This document shows, one piece after another, positions 1-9,072 of a stretch of DNA of 64,000 nucleotides. Source of the stretch: an uncultured Bacteroidales bacterium (GTDB lineage Bacteria > Bacteroidota > Bacteroidia > Bacteroidales > UBA10428); contig CAWBNI010000042.1 of NCBI GenBank assembly GCA_963790105.1, positions 27,235-91,234 of the forward strand, given 5' to 3'. Position 1 is the stretch's first letter. Each line of letters starts with the position of its first letter. The position numbers were made by a program, and so were the translations under genes. The notes under the pieces are model-generated. The model was not told the DNA's origin, did no database searches, and worked only from the letters and a program-made list of their open reading frames with translations.

Positions 1-1
1 T

Positions 2-496
2 GCCAAACGGCACAATTTCGACAAGGACGATACCAATGCCATGTGGATGTGGAATACGCTCAAGGAATACAAAAAATTCCTGAATCTTTTTCTTGGCATA
101 CAGATCTTTGTATCCATAATTGGTGCCTTTACCATTATTGCCGGGGTTGTGGGAGTGAGCAATATTATGATCATTGTGGTAAATGAACGGACAAAAGAAA
201 TAGGTATCCGAAAAGCAATCGGCGCAACACCTTACTCAATTGTAGGTATGATCCTTTTTGAAGCAATCCTGATAACAAGCCTGGCCGGTTATATCGGACT
301 GATATCGGGGGTTGGATTACTCAGTCTGATCTCTTCGGTATTGCCTCAAAATGATTTCTTTCTGAATCCGGAGGTGGACTTTACGGTGGCCATTGTTTCA
401 ACACTTGTGCTGATAGTGGCCGGATCACTTGCCGGACTCATGCCTGCTCTGAAGGCCGCGCGCATCAGGCCTGTTGTAGCTTTACGTGATGAATAA
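2..496 (+). CDS. ABC transporter permease, FtsX/MacB family (C-terminal part; 5' end lies outside the window)
   Basis: Frame is open from the window edge (AKRHNFDKDDTNAMWMW...). C-terminal multi-TM FtsX-type domain with ERTKEIGIRKAIGA motif and C-terminal RPVVALRDE, typical of MacB/LolCE-type permeases. Confidence 0.85.
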   Translation, partial: AKRHNFDKDDTNAMWMWNTLKEYKKFLNLFLGIQIFVSIIGAFTIIAGVVGVSNIMIIVVNERTKEIGIRKAIGATPYSIVGMILFEAILITSLAGYIGLISGVGLLSLISSVLPQNDFFLNPEVDFTVAIVSTLVLIVAGSLAGLMPALKAARIRPVVALRDE

Positions 497-512
497 AAAA
501 TAATTACTGAAT

Positions 513-1778
513 ATGTTTGACAGAGACAGGTGGGAAGAAATTTACGCTACGCTGAGAGGAAACAAACTGCGTACCTTCATGACTGCATTCGGCGTATTCT
601 GGGGTATTTTCATGCTGGTCGTCATGATGGGCGCCGGCAATGGACTTCAAAATTCGGTTTTTGACGGTTTCCAGGATTTTGCCACCAACAGTTCCTTTAT
701 GTGGACAAGGCAAACCACTATTCCTTATAAAGGTCTGCCCCGGGGAAGATTTTGGATGTATACCAATGCGGATATGAAGGCATTGCGTGAAAATATTCCG
801 GAAATTGATCTGCTGGCACCCCGTCTCCAACCCTGGTCGGGTAATGGCGACAACAATGTGGTGCGTGGACTGAAATCAGCCTCCTATGATATATTCGGCG
901 ATTATCCCGATTTTTTCCGTATCGACCCGGTAACCATGCTGATGGGACGTGAAGTGAACAACATTGATATTAATGATAAGCGGAAAGTAGCTGTCATTGG
1001 CAACAGGGTGCGGGACGAGCTTTTCAACCCCAATGAAAATCCGATCGGACAGTATATACGCATCCGCGGGGTTTATTTCCAGGTTGTGGGGGTTTTCGAG
1101 CCCAGGAATAAAAATATGAGTTTTGGGGGTGACAAGGAAAAGTCAATTTTCATCCCGTTCACATCCCTCCAGGTGGCCTACAATATGGGAGACGAAGTGC
1201 ATTTTTTTGCTGTTACCGGAAAAGATAACATTCCGGTATCCGTTGTGGAGAAAAAATGCATGGCCCTCGTTGCCGAACGTCATAAGATTGCCCCCGAAGA
1301 TGAACAGGCTTTCGGTCACTTTAACCTGGAAGAACAGTTCAATAAAATGAAGGGTTTGTTTACGGGGATCAGCACCCTGATCTGGCTGGTGGGAATCGGA
1401 ACTCTTTTTGCCGGTGTTATTGGAGTGAGCAATATTATGCTTATTGTAGTCAAAGAAAGAACAAAGGAAATAGGAATACAGCGATCTATCGGTGCATCTC
1501 CCTGGAAAGTAATCAGCCAGATCATCATGGAATCGGTTGTGCTTACTTCTTTTTCCGGCATGATTGGATTGGTAATCGGGGTAACCATCCTTGAATTTGT
1601 TAATCACCAGATGGTGAGTTCAGGAGCCAACACCGATATGTTCAAAAATCCGGGAATTGATTTCAATATTGCCCTGACAGCGCTGGTGGTTCTTATTTTT
1701 TCAGGTATCCTTGCCGGACTGATCCCAGCGCGGAAAGCAGTCAGTGTTCGTCCTGTGGAAGCCTTACGTGCCGAGTAA
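513..1778 (+). CDS. ABC transporter permease, MacB-like (N-terminal TM + periplasmic domain + FtsX domain)
   Basis: Intact 421-aa ORF. Paralogous C-terminus to the preceding gene (ERTKEIGIQRSIGA ... RPVEALRAE). Tandem permease pair followed by an adaptor gene is the usual MacAB-like layout. Confidence 0.9.
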   Translation: MFDRDRWEEIYATLRGNKLRTFMTAFGVFWGIFMLVVMMGAGNGLQNSVFDGFQDFATNSSFMWTRQTTIPYKGLPRGRFWMYTNADMKALRENIPEIDLLAPRLQPWSGNGDNNVVRGLKSASYDIFGDYPDFFRIDPVTMLMGREVNNIDINDKRKVAVIGNRVRDELFNPNENPIGQYIRIRGVYFQVVGVFEPRNKNMSFGGDKEKSIFIPFTSLQVAYNMGDEVHFFAVTGKDNIPVSVVEKKCMALVAERHKIAPEDEQAFGHFNLEEQFNKMKGLFTGISTLIWLVGIGTLFAGVIGVSNIMLIVVKERTKEIGIQRSIGASPWKVISQIIMESVVLTSFSGMIGLVIGVTILEFVNHQMVSSGANTDMFKNPGIDFNIALTALVVLIFSGILAGLIPARKAVSVRPVEALRAE

Positions 1779-1815
1779 TTAATGCGGAAATTAACTATAC
1801 AAATCAAAACAAAAA

Positions 1816-2943
1816 ATGAAAAAATTCTTAAAAATCGGGTTGCTTGTCCTGGTGGTTTGCTCAATCTTCGGTACCATGTTTTACCTGTATCAGAAATCAA
1901 AAAAGAAACCAGTGGTTTATGAGGTAAAATCTCCTTTCATTTCCAATATTGTCAAAAAAACGGTAGCCACAGGTTCAGTTGTTCCCAGGAAAGAAATTCT
2001 GATAAAGCCCCAGGTATCCGGTATTATTGAGGAATTATATATACTGGCCGGTAACCAGGTGAAAAAAGGCGATCTTATCGCCAGGGTAAAGATCATTCCC
2101 AATATGGTTGAGTTGAATAATGCCGAATCAAGGCTGAACAAGGCAAAAATTAATTTTGAAGATGCAAAAACCGTATATGAGCGCCAGAAGAAGGTATTTG
2201 AGCAGGGGGTGATTCCTATGGCTGAATTCCAGCAATACAAACTTACCTATATGAATGCCATGGAAGAACAGGAAACGGCAGAATCAAATCTTCAGCTGAT
2301 CAAGGAAGGCGTTTCAAAGAAACAGGGAGGGGTTACAAACACCCTTATCCGTTCAACCATTGAGGGAATGGTACTTGATGTTCCCGTTGAAGTAGGAAAT
2401 TCAGTTATTGAAGCCAATAATTTCAATGAGGGAACCACGATTGCCAGCGTTGCTGACATGGGTGAGATGATTTTCAAAGGCAAGGTAGATGAAACAGAAG
2501 TCGGCAAACTGAAAATTGGTATGCCGCTGATTCTTTCCATTGGCGCAATTGAAGATGAAAAATTTGATGCCTCACTGGAATATGTTGCTCCGAAAGGAAA
2601 AGAGGAGAACGGCGCAATACAGTTTGAGATTAAGGCCAATGTAAAGCTGAAAAGCAATAATTTCATCCGGGCAGGATACAGTGCCAATGCAGATATTGTT
2701 CTTGATCGACGGGACAGTGTCATGGTAATACCCGAAAGCCTTATCCAGTTTGAAAAAAGCGGTGATTCGGCTTATGTGGAAGTTGAGAAACAGCCCCAGG
2801 TATTCGACAAGAGGTATATTAAGACAGGTTTATCCGATGGTGTTAATATTGAGATAAAGGAAGGCATAACAAAAGATGACAAGATAAAGGGCGCTAAGAT
2901 TGAAGCCACACCGGCTCCTAAGAAAGAAGGAGCACAGGGGTAG
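1816..2943 (+). CDS. Efflux transporter periplasmic adaptor subunit (HlyD/MacA membrane-fusion family)
   Basis: Intact 375-aa ORF with N-terminal membrane anchor, lipoyl-like/coiled-coil/beta-barrel pattern (GDLIARV..., coiled-coil region, ...ANADIVL) and operon context with the two FtsX permeases. Confidence 0.9.
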   Translation: MKKFLKIGLLVLVVCSIFGTMFYLYQKSKKKPVVYEVKSPFISNIVKKTVATGSVVPRKEILIKPQVSGIIEELYILAGNQVKKGDLIARVKIIPNMVELNNAESRLNKAKINFEDAKTVYERQKKVFEQGVIPMAEFQQYKLTYMNAMEEQETAESNLQLIKEGVSKKQGGVTNTLIRSTIEGMVLDVPVEVGNSVIEANNFNEGTTIASVADMGEMIFKGKVDETEVGKLKIGMPLILSIGAIEDEKFDASLEYVAPKGKEENGAIQFEIKANVKLKSNNFIRAGYSANADIVLDRRDSVMVIPESLIQFEKSGDSAYVEVEKQPQVFDKRYIKTGLSDGVNIEIKEGITKDDKIKGAKIEATPAPKKEGAQG

Positions 2944-2949
2944 AAAACA

Positions 2950-2978
2950 GTGAGAGTGACAAGTGACAAGTGACGAGG
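2950..2978 (+). repeat. GTGACAA-type heptamer array (GTGAGA GTGACAA GTGACAA GTGACGA GG) starting 7 nt after the adaptor stop codon; followed by hairpin ATCCCT-gtt-AGGGAT at 2987-3001
   Basis: Read directly from the sequence. Same word family as arrays at 19822, 44878, 47543 and 56989. Confidence 0.8.
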
Positions 2979-3140
2979 AAGATCGAATCCCTGTTAGGGA
3001 TACACTGTTGGTAGAAAACAAGACGGGAATGCCTCAAATAATCCCTTGGCGGTACGTTGCAGGCCCTGAAAAGGAATCAGGTTAGTTGCAATAGTTTACA
3101 CAATGTGTTAATTTCAGGTCTATTATAGGTTAGTAATCAG

Positions 3141-3168
3141 CCCCTGCCAAAACAGGGGTTGTTTTTTT
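3141..3168 (+). terminator. Rho-independent-type terminator (CCCCTG-ccaaaa-CAGGGG followed by TTGTTTTTTT)
   Basis: 6-bp GC stem, 6-nt loop and T-rich tail ~200 nt downstream of the adaptor gene. The 2944-3168 stretch would be a long 3' UTR or a separate small transcript. Confidence 0.6.
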
Positions 3169-3415
3169 GCCCCAGATAAGAATTTTTAATTATTTAACAA
3201 AATAATTAACAAAAATTGTAACAAAATTGTTGAAAAACCTGTTAATAAGTAGTAAATTTACTTTAATTAATATTTCGTAAGCATTTGTTAACTTGACTTA
3301 TGAAGTTGTTTATCAAACGGAATGGTAACTTGTTCATGTTGAGTTCTTAATTTTCGCAGCATTTATTAATTGAGGTAACATTTACGGGCAATCTACTAAC
3401 TAAAACCTTATTAAT

Positions 3416-3622
3416 ATGCTTGATGTAAAGTATAATATTAAAAGTCTCATTTCAAGCATTTATGAATGCCAGAAAAAGATCATTATTAATCGTCGATTCA
3501 TTCGGGAACTTGAATCAGAGGGGAATGATACAAATAAGCTCAGGGGGGAAATTTCCGATCTTGAACGAAAAATCAGTGAATTTCAGAAAGAACTGAGAAA
3601 AAGGTATCAATTCTCTCTTTAA
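3416..3622 (+). CDS. Hypothetical small coiled-coil protein (68 aa)
   Basis: ATG ORF in a markedly AT-rich island, heptad-like charged sequence (RELESEGNDTNKLRGEISDLERKISEFQKELRK), bracketed by two terminator-like hairpins. No family recognised. Confidence 0.35.
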   Translation: MLDVKYNIKSLISSIYECQKKIIINRRFIRELESEGNDTNKLRGEISDLERKISEFQKELRKRYQFSL

Positions 3623-3649
3623 TTAAGGTTTAACCTACACGCTATAACC

Positions 3650-3678
3650 AAAAACCACTCTTTAACGGAGTGGTTTTT
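3650..3678. terminator. Bidirectional terminator hairpin (AAAAACCACTC-tttaacg-GAGTGGTTTTT) between convergent genes
   Basis: 11-bp perfect stem with A-run on one side and T-run on the other, so it reads as stem + U-tract on both strands. Lies between ORF 3416-3622 (+) and the barrel gene (-). Confidence 0.6.
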
Positions 3679-3699
3679 GATTTTAAGGACCTTTATGTC

Positions 3700-4945
3700 C
3701 TAATCGAATTTTGTCTTAATAAACCACCAGTCATGCAGGGAGAAGCTGACCACAATGGAATGGTATCTTTCCCTTATCAGTCCGTTGGTTACGGAACCCC
3801 GTACTCCGCTGTTGTAGGAAACATTTACGGTGGTTTTATTCTTGGCGAAGGGGATACCAAATCCAAGAGAATAGCCGGTTTCATCAATTGATTTATTGTT
3901 GATCTCCACATAATATCCTTCACGGTAAAAGCCCGCACGATAGGCAATTCTTCCCATAAAGCCATATTCATTCATGCGGCCTGGAATATATTCAACACCC
4001 ACCCTGTAGGCATTTGTATTTACATAACTGAACTGCGTGTTGGTGGAATTTTCGTTTACAGCGGACCAGTTTCGATACATATAGTCTGCATTGATACTTA
4101 ATTTATTGAACATATCGAGTGATATACCGCCGCCAATATATAACGGAAAATCGAATGTGCCTTGCTGGGTGATCTTATCTTCAAAAATTTGTCCGTTGGA
4201 TTGCGAAATCTTTAACTCCTCCGTAAAATTCAATTTATGGGTATTGCCAAAGACTCCTCCTATTGACAAACGGGAATCTTTGTTCAGGTTAAAGAAATAT
4301 TGAAATCCGAAATCAACCAGAATCTTATTCACATGGGCCGTTTTGGTAGATGTAATTGTTCCTGCAATCTGGTCATATTGCACAGTTTCTGAAGAATTGA
4401 TAGTCCCAAAAACGTATGAGGTGGTAGCGCCCAGGCTTAGATGATGGAAAAGCACAAAAGCATTGTCCAGGTAAAACTGGGTTAATCCCCCCGATCCTGT
4501 GAGATCAGCTGTAAACAAATCCGTTGTGCCTTCCACATTCTTTGTGGATGTTATTTTATATCCGACTGTGCTGAAAGGTACAATGCCTAATCCGCCAGTC
4601 CAGTTTTTTGCTACTTTGTACCCCATGGCAATATTCCTTATATTGATATCATGACCATGCTGTGTAAGGTAACTCGTTTCATATTTGACGAAATCCATAC
4701 CAAGGCCAAAATCAAAAAAGAAAGAGATACTATCCAGATCATGATAAGAAGCCGGGTTAAGATTATTCAGGTAGTGTCCGGAAGCGTTGGCAATTCCTGA
4801 TTTGCCCATACCCAGGTTTCGGCTTAAACCCTTTGGATTGATCTCACCAATTCCGAAAATAGAGTAGGGCAGATTCGTTCGTACCTGTGCAGAAGCATTC
4901 AATGCAATATAAAAGAAGGAAAAAATGAATGAAGAATCTTCTCAT
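3700..4945 (-). pseudogene. Outer-membrane beta-barrel protein (family not identified); signal peptide sits in a different frame from the barrel
   Basis: The 400-aa ORF 3700-4902 has alternating beta-strand pattern, aromatic C-terminus (...WWFIKTKFD) and starts at TTG with no signal peptide. Just upstream ATG at 4945 encodes MRRFFIHF..., and removing one base of the A6 run at 4920-4925 gives MRRFFIHFSFFYIALNASAQ|VRTN..., a good signal peptide. Confidence 0.6.
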
Positions 4946-4958
4946 GGAAACAATTTTA

Positions 4959-6275
4959 CTAATAATTCATGTAATAAATTTTGAGCTTTACCTTGCTTTC
5001 GCTGTTAATCTGGCTGCCCAGGATGAGCCTGTCTGCAGTTTTGTAGATTTCATTGGGTGTAATAGTGATCAGAAGGGCAGGAATATCATCAGTCTCTTCA
5101 ACAATTTTGGTCTGGATAAAATTGGTAACATCAAATGTGTAACTCGTTCCTTCCTGGTACTCATTGTCAATCACGAGGTTACCTACCAACGGACTTCCTG
5201 TATTCAAATTCAGAACCGGGGCTCCGAAACGGTTATACTTATCGGATTGAAACAAGCTTATTCTTTGAGGCAAAAGTATTGTATTATATGTATTTCTGAT
5301 GGGTTCAAGGATCAGTTCCGCCTTCAGTATCTGCATGTTTTGATGAAGTGCCAGGATACTTTTGAGATAGGGGACCTCAAGACGGGTGACAATTCCGGTT
5401 CCTGCCTGGATATACGATTGTTTATCGGTATATTTTGCAGATAATTTGTCCTTTTGACTTTCAGGCAAATCGATGACGGGATTGGTTATTTCAAAATGAT
5501 TAAACTGGTTAATAGCACAAGCAAAGATTCCAAAATCACGGTACTGGGAAACGCTTGTAAAATCAATATAGTGATAATATAAACGCATAACCGGCGCAGC
5601 AGAGGTGGTTTTAAAACCAACCATTGCCTCATCGGAGATATCACTTTGAATCGTCAATCCCTTGAAATAATTCAACCAGTTATCCAGTTGAAGAATGCGG
5701 TCGTCCTTGTCCAGGAAAAGCTGAAGAAGTTCCTGTCCAAGATCATCGCTCAGCCTGACAGAAACGGTATCCCGGGAAGGAGTATTGGGCCTGGGTTTGA
5801 AAGTCCTTGAACCGAGGGGATCTGCAGAATAGGCAAAATGGGAGGTATTGTACAGATAATTATCCACCCTTACCCGTATTGTCTGCTCCACCCTGTGAAC
5901 ATGAATTGTGAAAGGCTGGAGCGTATCCCCGATTCTATAGTTGTTATCCACCATGATAAGAAGAAGTGAATCATAAACGGCAGTGGAAGGAACAGTGCGG
6001 GTATCAGGCAACTGAAGTTTGAAATAGCTTGATGCAGAGATATCTCCGATTTCAGGATCATGATATTTTCCAACTACTACAGCTCCTTCCCCGTCAGGTA
6101 ATCCGGAGGTACGGAGTGAATCGAGTTTTACAGTAAAACTATTTACAGTGAGAGTATCTATATACCTCAGGTCTGTTTGCACATTAACATATTTACCTCC
6201 GATATCGAAAGATTGATTGTCCTGGTTACAGGAAAAAAAAGCGAGAAGAATCAGAATACCTAAATACTTTGTCAT
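4959..6275 (-). CDS. DUF4270-like lipoprotein
   Basis: Intact 438-aa ORF with lipoprotein signal MTKYLGILILLAFFSC. N-terminal pattern (IDTLTVNSFTVKLDSLRTSG...VVGKYHDPEIGDISA) matches my memory of the Bacteroidota DUF4270 family. Family call is from memory, not from a search. Confidence 0.65.
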   Translation of the reverse strand: MTKYLGILILLAFFSCNQDNQSFDIGGKYVNVQTDLRYIDTLTVNSFTVKLDSLRTSGLPDGEGAVVVGKYHDPEIGDISASSYFKLQLPDTRTVPSTAVYDSLLLIMVDNNYRIGDTLQPFTIHVHRVEQTIRVRVDNYLYNTSHFAYSADPLGSRTFKPRPNTPSRDTVSVRLSDDLGQELLQLFLDKDDRILQLDNWLNYFKGLTIQSDISDEAMVGFKTTSAAPVMRLYYHYIDFTSVSQYRDFGIFACAINQFNHFEITNPVIDLPESQKDKLSAKYTDKQSYIQAGTGIVTRLEVPYLKSILALHQNMQILKAELILEPIRNTYNTILLPQRISLFQSDKYNRFGAPVLNLNTGSPLVGNLVIDNEYQEGTSYTFDVTNFIQTKIVEETDDIPALLITITPNEIYKTADRLILGSQINSESKVKLKIYYMNY

Positions 6276-6671
6276 GTATACTTTTCGTTTAAACTAAGCA
6301 AAGTAAACCACCCATGAAAGGCTTTAAAAATAAAATATACGGTTACGTACAAATTTACCGACAGATTTAATATAATCATCTATATTTTTAACAATCATGG
6401 AAAGGGGTTTACAAAAAAAGATAATAAAATCGGCTGGATGCGAAAGTATTTTAATTTAGTAGATAAAAATAACAATTTCATCTTTAGATTTGCAAACTGT
6501 ATCTAAAACATTTTAATAATCCTTTCAGCGTCTCTATGTTTGCCGAATTCGCCGGAAAGTTAAAAATTATTAATAAAATGAAAACTAACATCAATTAAAC
6601 GGTAAAATCTTGAAAAAAGCATTTATATTCATCACGATTTTTTAAAGCAATTGAAAATAAAATTTAATCAA

Positions 6672-7688
6672 ATGAAAATATACAGAAATCATCTCGCAAT
6701 TGGCTTATTATCAGTAGTTTTATTCTTTACTTCTTTTTCCTGTAAAAAAACCATCAAGCACTGTACTTGTTGGAAACTGGGTTGAACAATCGAGATTTTG
6801 AGGGAGTTGCAAGAAGCAGTGCAACAGCTTTTTCAATTAATGATATCGGATATATCGGTCTGGGATATGACGGGGAATCCAGGTTAAGTGATTTTTGGGC
6901 ATATGATCCCGGGCGCAACAGCTGGACACAGGTTGCAGCTTTTACCGGCATTGCCAGGAATTCAGCCGTTGGCTTTGGTGCTGCGGGTAAAGGATATGTC
7001 GGTTTTGGCTATGATGGGGAGGCAAAGTTGAAGGATTTCTGGCAGTATGATCCGGCCGCTAATAAATGGGATTCTGTTAGTGCACCAAATGGTCCATCAG
7101 CCCGCTATGGTGCGGTGGCCTTTTCAATTGGCGATATTGGTTATGTAGGCACCGGGTATGACGGAAATTACCTGAAGGATTTCTGGGCCTTTGATCCTGC
7201 CGGCAATACATGGACGCAGAAAACCAGTTTTGGCGGTTCAAAGAGAAGAGATGCAGTGAGCTTTGTAATCGACGGTAAAGGGTATATCTGTACCGGCGTA
7301 AATAACGGGAGCTATGAAAAGGATTTTTATATGTATGATCCTTCCAATGACACCTGGACTGCCAAACGCAAGATTTATAATTCAAGTGACCAGTCTTACG
7401 ATGATGATTACGCGATTGTACGAAGCAACGCTGTCGCTTTTGTTATCGGTAATAAGGCATATGTAGCCACCGGAACGATCGGAAGTCTGAAAAATGACGT
7501 TTGGGAATATGATCCGCCAACGGATTTATGGGCACCAAAAACCAATTTTGAAGGAACAACCCGCACAGGATGCTGTTTCATTTTCAATAGCCGGACGTGG
7601 ATTTGTACTCACAGGAAAAAGTACAAGTTATCAGTTTGATGATATATGGGAATTTTTACCCAATGATGATTACAACAAAGAAGACTAA
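6672..7688 (+). pseudogene. Kelch/beta-propeller repeat lipoprotein (frame interrupted at least 3 times)
   Basis: ATG at 6672 gives lipoprotein signal MKIYRNHLAIGLLSVVLFFTSFSC, then the frame breaks at the A7 run 6744-6750. Repeated units (GYVGxGYDG...DFWxYDPxxNxW) in ORF 6767-7639; the C-terminus continues in ORF 7494-7688. Confidence 0.7.
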
Positions 7689-8001
7689 ACGCTACAGGCT
7701 GTTATTGCTTTTATTAGCTATTGCAGTTTTATCTCTTATTGCATACCGGGTTTTCCTTAGCCCGTCAACCGAAACCCTGAATGTGAAAACGTTCAGGGTT
7801 TCCGGCGGATGGGGCTACCAGATCTTCATTCACCAGAAGCCATATATTTACCAGCCTTTTATTCCTGCAATTCCGGGTAAAAAGCCATTTCCAAGCCGGA
7901 TGACTGCCCTTCGTGCGGCAAAAACAGTTAAGGCAAAATTATTACGTGGTCAGCGTCCCGACCTTACAATGGATGATATTATTGAAAACCGGGGTCGATA
8001 G
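7663..8001 (+). CDS. Small membrane-anchored protein, DUF4907-like
   Basis: Inner ATG at 7663 gives MMITTKKTKRYRLLLLLLAIAVLSLIAY (TM anchor), then FRVSGGWGYQIF...IPAIPGKKPF. Resembles the small DUF4907 proteins I recall next to Kelch lipoproteins in Bacteroidota. Start choice and family are from memory. Confidence 0.45.
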   Translation: MMITTKKTKRYRLLLLLLAIAVLSLIAYRVFLSPSTETLNVKTFRVSGGWGYQIFIHQKPYIYQPFIPAIPGKKPFPSRMTALRAAKTVKAKLLRGQRPDLTMDDIIENRGR

Positions 8002-8071
8002 TCTGGGAAATTCGAACTAAATTGCATTTTCAATAGTATCTCCTTTGAACTTCAATAGCGGATTTAATCAA

Positions 8072-8786
8072 ATGAACCGGATTAATTGCCTCATTGTGGA
8101 TGATGAACCTGCTGCACTTGAAGTGCTGGAGCATTTTATAGGCAAGGTATTCTTTCTGCATCTGATCAAAAAATGTCAGCATGCCATTGAGGCCATGCAA
8201 ATCCTGGAAGAAAATAAGATCGACCTGTCTGTTTCTGGATATTAATATGCCGGATGTTGACGGGCTTCAACTGCTAAAAAGCATCAAATCAAAGCCGCTT
8301 GTTATTTTCACCACCGGTTACAAGGAATATGCCCTGAACGGATACGAGTTTGATATTGTTGATTTTCTGCTTAAGCCATTTGATTTTGAAAGGTTTCTGC
8401 GGGCTGTAAACAAAGCCAATAACCAGATCTCAAAATCCTTACGATTGCCGGTAGCGCATGCAGAAGCTCGCAGCAGTTCATCTTTGTCAAGGCTGATTAT
8501 AAACTGGTGAAAATTAACGTGGATGATATCCTGTTTGTGGAAGGACTGAAGGATTACATCAAGATATTCACAAAACAAAAGCTGATCCTGACGCTTATGT
8601 CAATGACAGCCATTGAGGAAAAGCTTCCCGCCGGATGAGTTTTTCAGGCTTCACCGGTCCTATATCATTTCTCTCAGCAAGATTGATTCGGTAAGCCGGC
8701 ACCGGGTGATTATCGGCGAAAAATTCATTCCCATCAGCGTGCCGTACAGGGAAAAGTTTTATTTGATTATTGATAAGAGTATTTAG
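8072..8786 (+). pseudogene. Two-component response regulator, LytTR DNA-binding family (frame interrupted about 3 times)
   Basis: Receiver domain (MNRINCLIVDDEPAALEVL... then FLDINMPDVDGLQLL...FTTGYKEYALNGYEFDIVDFLLKPF) and LytTR domain (INVDDILFVEGLKDYIKIFT..., FFRLHRSYIISLSKIDSV...) are spread over three frames. Stop TAG at 8784-8786. Confidence 0.8.
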
Positions 8787-8787
8787 A

Positions 8788-9072
8788 TTAGGAGGCTTAG
8801 GGGCTTAGGAGCTTAGGGGCTTAGGAGCTAGGCTGCTAGGCTACTAGGCTATAGGCTTCAGGAGTACGGCTGTTTGATATTGCCATTGTTCGGTGCTAAT
8901 ATTCACTTAAAATCAGCGTTCGCATATTCAAAGTTATTTTTAGCAAAATCAACACCGAACAATGGCAACACCAAATACTCATACTCCGAAGATTTCTAGC
9001 TCACAAATCCCTAAGCCCCTAAGCCCCTAGAAGCCCCTAAGCCCCTAAGCCCCTAGAAGCCCTAAGCCCCTA
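8788..9072. repeat. ~285-bp imperfect palindrome filling the whole convergent intergenic region: (GGGGCTTA/GGCTNCTA)n arm, inner 16-bp perfect inverted repeat, (TAAGCCCC)n arm
   Basis: Left arm 8788-8863 is G-rich on +. Right arm 9008-9072 is its reverse-complement word family and overlaps the lpdA stop. Inner inverted repeat TTGCCATTGTTCGGTG (8880-8895) / CACCGAACAATGGCAA (8953-8968) with 57-nt spacer. Confidence 0.85.

Noticed and set aside
1123-1607. Internal alternative-frame ORFs inside the MacB-like permease gene (1123-1350 +, 1143-1607 -, 1316-1588 -).
   Set aside because: They are fully nested in a gene with clear FtsX/MacB homology, have no motifs of their own, and have compositions typical of off-frame translation.
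3011-3050. A single CRISPR-repeat-like or tracr-like string, GTTGGTAGAAAACAAGACGGGAATGCCTCAAATAATCCC, downstream of the adaptor gene.
   Set aside because: It occurs once only in the window, has no neighbouring repeats or spacers, and has no cas context. It is probably just part of a long 3' UTR ending at the 3141-3168 terminator.
6276-6671. The 395-bp AT-rich divergent intergenic region between the DUF4270 and Kelch genes, considered as a possible ncRNA or mobile remnant.
   Set aside because: I could find no repeats, hairpins with covariation, or ORFs. It is most simply a divergent promoter region. Nothing specific can be supported by eye.
8788-9072. Telomere or replicon-end interpretation of the (TTAGGGGC)n arms.
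   Set aside because: The arrays are internal, flanked on both sides by ordinary chromosomal genes, and arranged as an inverted pair. Only the resemblance in sequence is noted.
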